Positions 28,981-43,860 of a DNA stretch of 64,000 nucleotides are shown here, one piece after another (positions within the stretch are counted from its first letter, which is position 1; every line of letters starts with the position of its first letter). Origin of the DNA: Eledone cirrhosa (lineage: Eukaryota). The DNA is taken from assembly GCA_964016885.1 (NCBI GenBank), contig OZ024760.1, positions 30,628,001 to 30,692,000 of the forward strand, in the 5' to 3' direction. A program made the position numbers and the translations under genes. Under the pieces are notes generated by a model that made no database searches, was not told the origin of the DNA, and saw only the letters and a program-made list of their open reading frames with translations.

Positions 28981-31900
28981 TAATGTAATGTAATGTAATG
29001 TAATGTGTCATGTAATGTAATGTAATGTGTAATGTAATGTAATGTAATGTAATGTGTAATGTAAGGTAACGTAATGTAATGTAATGTGTAATGTAATGTA
29101 ATGTAAAGTAATGTGTAATGTAATGTAATGTAATGTAATGTGTAATGTAATGTAATGTAACGTAATGTAATGTAATGTAATGTGTAATGTAATGTAATGT
29201 AATGTAATGTAATGTAATGTGTAATGTAATGGAATGTAATGTAACGTAATGTAATGTAATGTAATGTAATGTAATGTAACGTGTAATGTAATGTAATGTA
29301 ATGTAATGTAATGTGTAATGTAATGTTTAATGTAATGTAATGTAATGTAATGTAATGTGTAATGTAATGTAATGTAATGTAATGTAATGTAATGTGTAAT
29401 GTAATGTAATGTAATGTAATGTAATGTGTAATGTAATGTAATGTAATGTAATGTAATGTAATGTAATGTGTAATGTAATGTAATGTAATGTAATGTGTAA
29501 TGTAATGTAATGTAATGTAATGTAATGTGTAATGTCATGTAATGTAATGTAATGTGTAATGTAATGTAATGTAATGTCATGTAATGTAATGTGTAATGTA
29601 AGGTAATGTAATGTAATGCAATGTAATGTAATGTGTAATGTAATGTAATGTAATGTGTAATTTCATTTAATGTCATGTAATGTAATGTAATATAATGTAA
29701 TGTAATGTAATGTAGTGTAATGTAATGTGTAATGTAATGTGTAATGTAATGTAATGTAATGTAATGTAATATAATCTAATGTAATGTAATCTAATGTGTA
29801 AAGTAATGTAATGTAATATAATGTAATGAGTAATGTAATGTAATGTAATGTAATGTAATGTGTAACGTAACGTAATGTAATGTGTAATGTGTAATGTAAT
29901 GTAATGTAATGTAATGTAATGTAATGTGTAATGTAATGTAATGTAATGTAATGTAATGTAATATAATGTAAAGTGTAACGTAATGTAATGTAATGTAATG
30001 TAATGTAATGTAATGTAATGTAATGTAATGTAATATAATGTAATGTAATGTAATGTAATGTAATGTAATGTAATGTAATGTAGTGTAATATAATGTAATA
30101 TAATGTAATGTGTAATGTAATGTAATGTAATGTAATGTGTAATGTAATGTAATGTAATGTAATGTAATGTAATGTAATGTGTAATGTCATGTAATGTAAT
30201 GTAATGTAATGTAATGTAATGTAATGTGTAATGTAAGGTAACGTAATGTAATGTAATGTAATGTGTAATTTAATGTAATGTAATGTAATGTAATGTAATG
30301 TGTAATGTAATGTAATGTAATGTAATGTAATGTAATGTAATGTGTAATGTAATGTAATGTAATGTAATGTAATGTAATGTGTAATGGAATGTAATGTACT
30401 GTAATGTGTAATGGAATGTAATGTAATGTAATGTAATGTAATGTGTAATGTAATGTAATGTAATGTAATGTAATGTAATGTAATGTGTAATGTAATGTAA
30501 TGTAATGTAATATAATATAATATAATATAATATAATATAATATAATATAATATAATATGTAATGTAATGTAATGTAATGTAATGTAATGTAATGTAATGT
30601 GTAATGTAATGTAATGTAATGTAATGTAATGTGTAATGTAATGTAATGTAATGTGTAATGTAATGTAACGTAATGTAATGTAACGTAATGTAATGTAATG
30701 TAACGTAATGTAATGTAATGTAATGTGTAATGTAATGTAATGTGTAATGTAATGTAATGTATAATGTAATGTAATGTAATGTAACGTAATGTAATGTAAT
30801 GTAATGTAATGTAATTTAATGTGTAATGTAATGTAATGTGATGTAATGTGTAATGTAATGTAATGTAATGTAATGTAATGTAATGTAATGTAATATAATG
30901 TAATGTAATATAATGTAATGTAATGTGTAATGTAATGTAATGTAATGCAATGTAATGTAATATAATGTGTAATGTAATGTAATGTAATGTAATGTGTCAT
31001 GCAATGTAATGTAATGTGTAATGTAATGTAATGTAATGTAATGTGTAATGTAAGGTAACGTAATGTAATGTAATGTAATGTGTAATGTAATGTAATGTAA
31101 AGTAATGTGTAATGTAATGTAATGTAATGTAATGTGTAATGTAATGTAACGTAATGTAATGTAATGTAATGTGTAATGTAATGTAATGTAATGTAATGTA
31201 ATGTAATGTAATGTGTAATGTAATGGAATGTAATGTAACGTAATGTAATGTAATGTAATGTAATGTAATGTAACGTGTAATGTAATGTAATGTAATGTAA
31301 TGTAATGTGTAATGTAATGTTTAATGTAATGTAATGTAATGTAATGTAATGTGTAATGTAATGTAATGTAATGTAATGTAATGTAATGTGTAATGTAATG
31401 TAATGTAATGTAATGTAATGTGTAATGTAATGTAATGTAATGTAATGTAATGTAATGTAATGTGTAATGTAATGTAATGTAATGTAATGTGTAATGTAAT
31501 GTAATGTAATGTAATGTGTAATGTCATGTAATGTAATGTAATGTGTAATGTAATGTAATGTAATGTCATGTAATGTAATGTGTAATGTAAGGTAATGTAA
31601 TGTAATGCAATGTAATGTAATGTGTAATGTAATGTAATGTAATGTGTAATTTCATTTAATGTCATGTAATGTAATGTAATATAATGTAATGTAATGTAAT
31701 GTAGTGTAATGTAATGTGTAATGTAATGTGTAATGTAATGTAATGTAATGTAATGTAATATAATCTAATGTAATGTAATCTAATGTGTAAAGTAATGTAA
31801 TGTAATATAAAGTAATGAGTAATGTAATGTAATGTAATGTAATGTAATGTGTAACGTAACGTAATGTAATGTGTAATGTTAAATGTAATGTAATGTAATG

Positions 31901-32560
31901 TAATGTAATGTAATGTAATGTGTAATGTAATGTAATGTAACGTAATGTAATGTAATGTAATGTAATGTGTAATGTAATGTAATGTAATGTAATGTAATGT
32001 AATGTAATATAATGTAAAGTGTAACGTAATGTAATGTAATGTAATGTAATGTAATGTAATGTAATGTAATATAATGTAATGTAATGTAATGTAATGTAAT
32101 GTAATGTAATGTAGTGTAATATAATGTAATATAATGTAATGTGTAATGTAATGTAATGTAATGTAATGTGTAATGTAATGTAATGTAATGTAATGTAATG
32201 TAATGTGTAATGTCATGTAATGTAATGTAATGTAATGTGTAATTTAATGTAATGTAATGTAATGTAATGTGTAATGTAATGTAATGTAATGTAATGTAAT
32301 GTAATGTGTAATGTAATGTAATGTAATGTAATGTAATGTAATGTGTAATGGAATGTAATGTACTGTAATGTGTAATGGAATGTAATGTAATGTAATGTAA
32401 TGTAATGTGTAATGTAATGTAATGTAATGTAATGTAATGTAATGTAATGTAATGTAATGTGTAATGTAATGTAATGTAATGTAATATAATATAATATAAT
32501 ATAATATAATATAATATAATATAATATAATATAATATGTAATGTAATGTAATGTAATGTA
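28720..32560. repeat. ~2.0 kb tandem duplication
   Basis: aatttcatttaatgtcat at ~29659 and ~31648. The ggaatgtaatgtactgt word and an AATAT island occur in both halves. Confidence 0.75.
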
Positions 32561-32925
32561 ATGTAATGTGTAATGTAATGTAATGTAATGTAATGTAATG
32601 TGTAATGTAATGTAATGTAATGTAATGTGTAATGTAATGTAACGTAATGTAATGTAACGTAATGTAATGTAATGTAACGTAATGTAATGTAATGTGTAAT
32701 GTAATGTAATTTAATGTTATGTAATGTAATGTAATGTAATGTAATATAATGTGTAATGTAACGTAATGTAATGTGTAATGTAATGTAATGTGTAATTTAA
32801 TGTAATGTAATGTGTAATGTAATGTAATGTAATGTGTAATGTAATGTAATGTAATGTAATGTAATGTGTAATATAATGTAATGTAACGTAATGTTTAATG
32901 TAATGTAATGTGTAATGTACTGTAA

Positions 32926-33110
32926 TTTTTTCTGCTTTAGGCACAAGGCCAGCAATTACCCAGTGCATTACTGGTACTTTATTTTATCGACCCCGTAAGG
33001 ATGAAAGGCAAAGTCAACCTCGGCGGGATTTGAACTCAGATCGTAAAGGGACATAACTATGCTGGAAAGCATGGCGTCCGACCCTCTACCAATACTGCCA
33101 ATCCACCGCC
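32926..33110 (-). mobile_element. SINE-like element, full length, subtype A
   Basis: 185 bp; private variant ttctgcttt. Confidence 0.88.
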
Positions 33111-35499
33111 AATGTGTAATGTAATGTAATGTGTAATGTAATGTAATGTAATGTAATGTAATGTAATGTAATGTAATGTAATGTAATGTAATGTAATGTG
33201 TATTGTAATGTAATGTAATGTAATGTAATGTAATGTATAATGTAATGTAATGTAACGTAATGTGTAATGTAATGTAATGTAATGTAATATAATGTAATGT
33301 AATGTAATGTAATGTAATGTCATGTAATGTAATGTAATGTAATGTAATGTAATGTAATGTAATGTAATGTGTAATGTAATGTAATGTAATGTAATGTAAT
33401 GTTTAATGTCATGTAATGTAATGTAATGTGTAATGTAATGTAATGTAATGTGTAATGTAAGGTAACGTAATGTAATGTAATGTAATGTGTAATGTAATGT
33501 AATGTAATGTAATGTAATGTGTAATTTAATGTAATGTAATGTAATGTAATGTAATGTAATGTGTAATGTAATGTAATGTAATGTAATGTAATGTAATGTA
33601 ATGTAATGTGTAATGTGTAATTTAATGTAATGTAATGTAACGTAATGTAATGTGTAATGTAACGTAATGTAATGTAATGTAATGTAATGTAATGTATGGT
33701 AATGTAACATAATGTAATGTGTAATGAAATGTAATGTAATGTAATGTAATGTAATGTAATCTAATGTAATGTAATGTAATGTAATGTAATGTAATGTAAT
33801 GTAATGTGTAATGTAATGTAATGTAATGTAATGTAATGCAATGTAATGTGTAATGTAATGTAATGTAATGTAATATAATATAATATAATATAATATAATA
33901 TAATATAATATAATATAATATAATATAATATAATATAATATAATATAATATAACATAACATAATATAATATGTAATGTAATGTAATGTAATGTAATGTAA
34001 AGTGTAATGTAATGTAATGTAATGTAATGTAATGTAATGTGTAATGTAATGTAATGTAATGTAATGTGTAATGTAATGTAATGTAATGTAATGTAATGTA
34101 ATGTAATGTAATGTAATGTAATGTAATGTAATGTGTAATGTAATGTAATGTAATGTAACGTAATGTAATGTAACGTAATGTGTAATGTAATGTAATGTAA
34201 TGTGTAATGTAATGTAATGTAATGTAATGTAATGGAATGTAATGTAATGTAATGTGTAATATAATGTAATGTAATGTGTAATGTAATGTAATGTAATGTA
34301 TAATGTAATGTAATGTAATGTAATGTGTAACGTCATGTAATGTAATGTGTAATGTAATGTAATGTAATGTAATGTAATGTAATGTATAATGTAAGGTAAC
34401 GTAATGTAATGTAACGTAATGTAATGTGTAATATAACGTAATGTAATGTAATGTGTAATGTAATGTAATGTAATGTAGTGTAATGTAATGTAATGTGTAT
34501 TGTAATGTAATGTAATGTAATGTAATGTAATGTAATGCAATGTGTAAGGTGTAATGTAATGTAATGTAATGTAATGTAATATAATGTAATGTGTAATGTA
34601 ATGTGTAATGTAATGTAATGTAATGTGTAATGTAATGTAATGTAATGTAATGCAATGTTATGTAATGTAATGTGTAATGTAATGTAATGTAATGTGTAAT
34701 GTAATGTAATATAATATAATATAATATAATATAATATAATATAATATAATATAACATAATATAATATGTAATGTAATGTAATGTAATGTAATGTAATGTA
34801 ATGTAACGTAATGTAATGTGTAATGTAACGTAATGTATAATGTAATGTAATGTAATGTAAAGTAATGTAATGTGTAACCTAATGTAATGTAATGTAATAT
34901 AATGTAATGTAATGTAATGTAATGTAATGTAATGTGTAATGTGTAATGTAATGTAATGTAATGTAATGTAACGTAATGTAATGTGTAATGTAATGTAATG
35001 TAATATAATGTAATGTAATGTAATGTAATGTAATGTAACGTAATGTAATGTGTAATGTAATGTAATGTAATGTAATGTAACGTGTAAGTTAATGTAATGT
35101 AATGTAATGTAATGTGTAATGTAATGTAATGTAATGTGTAATGTGTAATGTGTAATGTAATGTAATGTAATGTAATGTAATGTAATGTGTAATGTAATGT
35201 AATGTATAATGTAATGTAATGTAATGTAATATAATGTAATGTAATGTAATGTAATGTAATGTAATGTAATGTGTAATGTAATGTAATGTAATATAATGTG
35301 TAAGTTAATGTAATGTAATGTAATGTAATGTAATGTAATGTAATGTAATGTGTAATGTAATGTAATGTAATGTAATGTAATGTAATGTAATGTAATGTGT
35401 AATGTAATGTAATGTAATGTAATGTGTAATGTAATGTAATGTAATGTAATGTAATGTAATGTAATGTAATGTAATGTGTAATGTAATGTAATGTGTAAC

Positions 35500-38400
35500 G
35501 TAATGTAATGTAATGTAATGTGTAATGTCGTGTAATGTAATGCAATGTAATGTAATGTGTAATGTAATGTAATGTAATGTAATGTAATGTAATGTAATGT
35601 AATGTAATGTAATGTAATGTAACGTGTAATGTAATGTAATGTAATGTAATATGTAATTTCATGTAATTTAATGTAATGTAATGTAATGTAATGTAATGTG
35701 TAATGTGTAATGTAATGTAATGTAATGTAATGTAATGTAATGTGTAATGTAATGTGTAATGTAATGTAATGTAATGTAACGTTTAATGTAACGCAATGTA
35801 ATGTAATGTAATGTGTAATGTAATGTAATGTAATGTAATGTAATGTAACGTAATGTAATGTCTAATGTAATGTAATTTAATGTAATGTAATGTGTAATGT
35901 AATGTAATGTAATGTAATGTAATGTAATGTAATGTAATGTAATGTAATGTAATGTGAAATGTAATGTGTAATGTAATGTAATGTATAATGTAATGTAATG
36001 TAATGTAATGTAATGTAATGTAATGTAATGTAATGTAATGTAATGTGTAACGTAATGTAATGTAATGTAATGTAATGTAATGTGTAATGTAACGTAATGT
36101 AATGTAATTGTTTCTACTTTAGGCACAAGGCCAGCAAATTACCCAGTGCATTACTGGTACTTTATTTTATCGACCCCGTAAGGATGAAAGGCAAAGTCAA
36201 CCTTGGTGGGATGTAATGTAATGTAATGTAATGTAATGTAATGTGTAATGTAATGTAATGTAATGTAATGTAATGTAATGTAATGTGTAATGTGTTGTAA
36301 TGTAACGTAATGTAATGTAATGTAATATGTAATGTAATGTAATGTAATGTGTAATGTAATGTGTAATGTAATGTAATGTAATGTAATGTAATGTAATGTA
36401 ATGTAATGTAATGTGTAATGTAATGTAATGTGTAATGTAATGTAATGTATAATGTAATGTAATGTAATGTAATGTAATGTAATGTAATGTGTAACGTAAT
36501 GTAATGTAATGTAATGTAATGTGTAATGTAACGTAATGTAATGTAATGTAATGTAATGTAATGTAATGTGTAATGTAATGTAATGTAATGTAATGTAATG
36601 TAATGTGTAATGTAACGTAATGTAATGTAATGTAATGTAATGTGTAATGTAATGTAATGTAATGTAATGTAATGTAATGTAATGTGTAATGTATTGTAAT
36701 GTAATGTAATGTAATGTAATGTAATGTAATGTAATGTAATGTAATGTATGTGTAATGTAATGTAATGTAATGTAATGTGTAATGTAATGTAATGTAATGT
36801 AATGTAATGTGTAATGTAATGTAATGTAATGTAATGTAATGTAATGTAATGTGTAATGTAATGTAATGTAATGTAATGTATAATGTAATGTAATGTAATA
36901 TAATGTGTAATGTAATGTAATGTAATGTAATGTAATGTAATGTAATGTAATGTAATGTATAATGTAAGGTAACGTAATGTAATGTAACGTAATGTAATGT
37001 GTAATATAATGTAATGTAATGTAATGTGTAATGTAACGTAATGTAATGTAATGTAATGTAATGTAATGTAATGTAATGTAATGTAATGTAATGTGTAAGG
37101 TGTAATGTAATGTAATGTAATGTAATATAATGTAATGTGTAATGTAATGTAATGTAATGTGTAATGTAATGTAATGTAATGTGTAATGTAATGTAATGTA
37201 ATGTAATGTAATGTAATGTAATGTAATGTAATGTAATGCAATGTAATGTAATGTAATGTGTAATGTAATGTAATGGGTAATGTAATGTAATGTAATATAA
37301 TATAATATAATATAATATAATATAATATAATATAATATAATATAATATAATATAACATAATATAATATGTAATGTAATGTAATGTAATGTAATGTAACGT
37401 AATGTAATGTGTAATGTCATGTAATGTAATGTAATGTAATGTAATATAATGTAATGTAATGTAATGTAATGTAGTGTAGTGTAATGTGTAATGTAAGGTA
37501 ACGTAATGCAATGTAATGTAATGTAATGTGTAATGTAATGTAATGTAATGTAATGTAATGTAATGTATAATGTAAGGTAACGTAATGTAATGTAACGTAA
37601 TGTAATGTGTAATATAATGTAATGTAATGTAATGTGTAATGTAACGTAATGTAATGTAATGTAATGTAATGTGTATTGTAATGTAATGTAATGTAATGTA
37701 ATGTAATGTAATGTAATGTAATGTAATGTGTAAGGTGTAATGTAATGTAATGTAATATAATGTAATGTGTAATGTAATGTAATGTAATGTGTAATGTAAT
37801 GTAATGTAATGTAATGTGTAATGTAATGTAATGTAATGTAATGTAATGCAATGTAATGTAATGTGTAACGTAATGTAATGTAATGTGTAATGTAATGTAA
37901 TATAATATAATATAATATAATATAATATAATATAATATAATATAATATAACATAATATAATATGTAAGGTAATGTAATGTGTAATATAATGTAATGTAAT
38001 GTAATGTAATGTGTAATATAATGTAATGTAATGTAATGTAATGTAATGTGTAATGTAATGTTTAATGTAATGTCATGTAATGTAATGTGTAATGTAATGT
38101 AATGTAATGTAATGTAATGTAATGTAATGTAATGTAATGTGTAATGTAATGTAATGTAATGTGTAATGTAATGTAATGTAATGTAATGTAATGTAATGTG
38201 TAACGTAATGTAATGTAATGTAATGTGTAATGTCATGTAATGTAATGTAATGTGTAATGTAATGTAATGTAATGTAATGTAATGTAATGTAATGTGTAAT
38301 GTAATGTGTAATGTAATGTAATGTAACGTAATGTAATGTAATGTAATGTGTAATGTAATGTAATGTAATGTAATGTAATGTAATGTAATGTAATGTAATG

Positions 38401-41400
38401 TAATGTAATGTAATGTGTAATGTAATGTGTAATGTAATGTAATGTAATGTATAATGTAATGTAATGTAATATAATGTAATGTAATGTAATGTAATGTAAT
38501 GTGTAACGTAATGTAATGTAATGTAATGTAATGTGTAATGTAACGTAATGTAATGTAATGTAATGTAATGTGTAATGTAATGTAATGTAATGTGTAATGT
38601 AATGTGTAATGTAATGTAATGTAACGTAATGTAATGTAATGTGTAATGTAATGTTATGTAATGTAATGTAATGTAATGTAATGTAATGTAATGTAATGTA
38701 ATGTAATGTAATGTAATGTAATGTAATGTGTAATGTAATGTAATGTGTAATGTAATGTAATGTATAATGTAATGTAATGTAATGTAATGTAATGTAATGT
38801 AATGTAATGTGTAACGTAATGTAATATAATGTAATGTGTAACGTAATGTAATGTAATGTAATGTGTAATGTAATGTAATGTAACGTAATGTAATGTAATG
38901 TAATATGTAATGTAATGTAATGTAATGTGTAATGTAATGTAATGTAATGTAATGTAATGTGTAATGTATTGTAATGTAATGTAATGTAATGTAATGTAAT
39001 GTAATGTATGTGTAATGTAATGCAATGTAATGTAATGTGTAATGTAATGTAATGTAATGTAATGTAATGTGTAATGTAATGTAATGTAATGTAATGTGTA
39101 ATGTAATGTAATGTAATGTATAACGTAATGTAATGTAATATAATGTGTAATGTAATGTAATGTAATGTAATGTAATGTAATGTAATGTATAATGTAAGGT
39201 AACGTAATGTAATGTAACGTAATGTAATGTGTAATATAATGTAATGTAATGTAATGTGTAATGTAACGTAATGTAATGTAATGTAATGTGTATTGTAATG
39301 TAATGTAATGTAATGTAATGTAATGTAATGTAATGTAATGTAATGTGTAAGGTGTAATGTAATGTAATGTAATGTAATATAATGTAATGTGTAATGTAAT
39401 GTAATGTGTAATGTAATGTAATGTAATGTAATGTGTAATGTAATGTAATGTAATGTAATGCAATGTAATGTAATGTAATGTGTAATGTAATGTAATGGGT
39501 AATGTAATGTAATGTAATATAATATAATATAATATAATATAATATAATATAATATAATATAATATAATATAATATAATATAACATAATATAATATGTAAT
39601 GTAATGTAATGTAATGTAATGTAATGTGTAATGTAATGTAATGTAATGTAATGTAATGTAATGTAATGTAATGTGTAATGTAATGTAATGTAATGTAATG
39701 TGTAATGTAATGTAATGTAATGTAATGTAATGTAATGTAATGTAATGTAATGTGTAATGTAATGTAATGTGTAACGTAATGTAATGTAATGTAATGTGTA
39801 ATGTCGTGTAATGTAATGTAATGTGTAATGAAATGTAATGTAATGTAATGTAATGTAATGTAATGTGTAATGTAAGGTGATGTAATGTAATGTAATGCAA
39901 TGTAATGTAATGTGTAATGTAATGTAATGTAATGTAATGTAATGTAATGTAATGTAATGTAATGTAATGTAATGTAATGTAACGTGTAATGTAATGTAAT
40001 GTAATGTAATATGTAATTTCATGTAATTTAATGTAATGTAATGTAATGTAATGTAATGTGTAATGTGTAATGTAATGTAATGTAATGTAATGTAATGTAA
40101 TGTAATGTGTAATGTAATGTGTAATGTAATGTAATGTAATGTAACGTTTAATGTAACGCAATGTAATGTAATGTAATGTGTAATGTAATGTAATGTAATG
40201 TAATGTAATGTAACGTAATGTAATGTCTAATGTAATGTAATTTAATGTAATGTAATGTGTAATGTAATGTAATGTAATGTAATGTAATGTAATGTAATGT
40301 AATGTAATGTAATGTAATGTGAAATGTAATGTGTAATGTAATGTAATGTATAATGTAATGTAATGTAATGTAATGTAATGTAATGTAATGTAATGTAATG
40401 TAATGTAATGTGTAACGTAATGTAATGTAATGTAATGTAATGTAATGTGTAATGTAACGTAATGTAATGTAATGTAATGTAATGTGTAATGTAATGTAAT
40501 GTAATGTAATGTAATGTGTAATGTAATGTAATGTAATGTAATGTAATGTAATGTAATGTGTAATGTGTTGTAATGTAACGTAATGTAATGTAATGTAATA
40601 TGTAATGTAATGTAATGTAATGTGTAATGTAATGTGTAATGTAATGTAATGTAATGTAATGTAATGTAATGTAATGTATTGTAATGTGTAATGTAATGTA
40701 ATGTGTAATGTAATGTATAATGTAATGTAATGTAATGTAATGTAATGTAATGTAATGTGTAACGTAATGTAATGTAATGTAATGTAATGTGTAATGTAAC
40801 GTAATGTAATGTAATGTAATGTAATGTAATGTAATGTGTAATGTAATGTAATGTAATGTAATGTAATGTAATGTGTAATGTAACGTAATGTAATGTAATG
40901 TAATGTAATGTGTAATGTAATGTAATGTAATGTAATGTAATGTAATGTAATGTGTAATGTATTGTAATGTAATGTAATGTAATGTAATGTAATGTAATGT
41001 AATGTAATGTAATGTATGTGTAATGTAATGTAATGTAATGTAATGTGTAATGTAATGTAATGTAATGTAATGTAATGTGTAATGTAATGTAATGTAATGT
41101 AATGTAATGTAATGTAATGTGTAATGTAATGTAATGTAATGTAATGTATAATGTAATGTAATGTAATATAATGTGTAATGTAATGTAATGTAATGTAATG
41201 TAATGTAATGTAATGTAATGTAATGTAATGTATAATGTAAGGTAACGTAATGTAATGTAACGTAATGTAATGTGTAATATAATGTAATGTAATGTAATGT
41301 GTAATGTAACGTAATGTAATGTAATGTAATGTAATGTAATGTAATGTAATGTAATGTAATGTAATGTAATGTGTAAGGTGTAATGTAATGTAATGTAATG

Positions 41401-43860
41401 TAATATAATGTAATGTGTAATGTAATGTAATGTAATGTGTAATGTAATGTAATGTAATGTGTAATATAATGTAATGTAATGTAATGTAATGTAATGTAAT
41501 GCAATGTAATGTAATGTAATGTGTAATGTAATGTAATGGGTAATGTAATGTAATGTAATATAATATAATATAATATAATATAATATAATATAATATAATA
41601 TAATATAATATAATATAACATAATATAATATGTAATGTAATGTAATGTAATGTAATGTAACGTAATGTAATGTGTAATGTCATGTAATGTAATGTAATGT
41701 AATGTAATATAATGTAATGTAATGTAATGTAATGTAGTGTAGTGTAATGTGTAATGTAAGGTAACGTAATGCAATGTAATGTAATGTAATGTGTAATGTA
41801 ATGTAATGTAATGTAATGTAATGTAATGTATAATGTAAGGTAACGTAATGTAATGTAACGTAATGTAATGTGTAATATAATGTAATGTAATGTAATGTGT
41901 AATGTAACGTAATGTAATGTAATGTAATGTAATGTGTATTGTAATGTAATGTAATGTAATGTAATGTAATGTAATGTAATGTAATGTAATGTGTAAGGTG
42001 TAATGTAATGTAATGTAATATAATGTAATGTGTAATGTAATGTAATGTAATGTGTAATGTAATGTAATGTAATGTAATGTGTAATGTAATGTAATGTAAT
42101 GTAATGTAATGCAATGTAATGTAATGTGTAACGTAATGTAATGTAATGTGTAATGTAATGTAATATAATATAATATAATATAATATAATATAATATAATA
42201 TAATATAATATAACATAATATAATATGTAAGGTAATGTAATGTGTAATATAATGTAATGTAATGTAATGTAATGTGTAATATAATGTAATGTAATGTAAT
42301 GTAATGTGTAATGTAATGTTTAATGTAATGTCATGTAATGTAATGTGTAATGTAATGTAATGTAATGTAATGTAATGTAATGTAATGTAATGTAATGTGT
42401 AATGTAATGTAATGTAATGTGTAATGTAATGTAATGTAATGTAATGTAATGTAATGTGTAACGTAATGTAATGTAATGTAATGTGTAATGTCATGTAATG
42501 TAATGTAATGTGTAATGTAATGTAATGTAATGTAATGTAATGTAATGTAATGTGTAATGTAATGTGTAATGTAATGTAATGTAACGTAATGTAATGTAAT
42601 GTAATGTGTAATGTAATGTAATGTAATGTAATGTAATGTAATGTAATGTAATGTAATGTAATGTAATGTAATGTGTAATGTAATGTGTAATGTAATGTAA
42701 TGTAATGTATAATGTAATGTAATGTAATATAATGTAATGTAATGTAATGTAATGTAATGTGTAACGTAATGTAATGTAATGTAATGTAATGTGTAATGTA
42801 ACGTAATGTAATGTAATGTAATGTAATGTGTAATGTAATGTAATGTAATGTGTAATGTAATGTGTAATGTAATGTAATGTAACGTAATGTAATGTAATGT
42901 GTAATGTAATGTTATGTAATGTAATGTAATGTAATGTAATGTAATGTAATGTAATGTAATGTAATGTAATGTAATGTAATGTAATGTGTAATGTAATGTA
43001 ATGTGTAATGTAATGTAATGTATAATGTAATGTAATGTAATGTAATGTAATGTAATGTAATGTAATGTGTAACGTAATGTAATGTAATGTAATGTGTAAC
43101 GTAATGTAATGTAATGTAATGTGTAATGTAATGTAATGTAACGTAATGTAATGTAATGTAATATGTAATGTAATGTAATGTAATGTGTAATGTAATGTAA
43201 TGTAATGTAATGTAATGTGTAATGTATTGTAATGTAATGTAATGTAATGTAATGTAATGTAATGTATGTGTAATGTAATGCAATGTAATGTAATGTGTAA
43301 TGTAATGTAATGTAATGTAATGTAATGTGTAATGTAATGTAATGTAATGTAATGTGTAATGTAATGTAATGTAATGTATAACGTAATGTAATGTAATATA
43401 ATGTGTAATGTAATGTAATGTAATGTAATGTAATGTAATGTAATGTATAATGTAAGGTAACGTAATGTAATGTAACGTAATGTAATGTGTAATATAATGT
43501 AATGTAATGTAATGTGTAATGTAACGTAATGTAATGTAATGTAATGTGTATTGTAATGTAATGTAATGTAATGTAATGTAATGTAATGTAATGTAATGTA
43601 ATGTGTAAGGTGTAATGTAATGTAATGTAATGTAATATAATGTAATGTGTAATGTAATGTAATGTGTAATGTAATGTAATGTAATGTAATGTGTAATGTA
43701 ATGTAATGTAATGTAATGCAATGTAATGTAATGTAATGTGTAATGTAATGTAATGGGTAATGTAATGTAATGTAATATAATATAATATAATATAATATAA
43801 TATAATATAATATAATATAATATAATATAACATAATATAATATGTAATGTAATGTAATGT
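35500..43860. repeat. ~4.26 kb tandem higher-order duplication
   Basis: Identical ORFs 37417..37953 and 41680..42216 (offset 4263). Shared words gtcgtgt, gtagtgtagt and gggtaat. Confidence 0.85.
36108..36212 (-). mobile_element. 5'-truncated SINE copy (105 bp; 3' tail intact, cut within B box)
   Basis: ttgtttctactttaggcac...gtcaaccttggtgggat, then satellite. Variants gcaaattacc and ccttggtggg. Confidence 0.88.
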
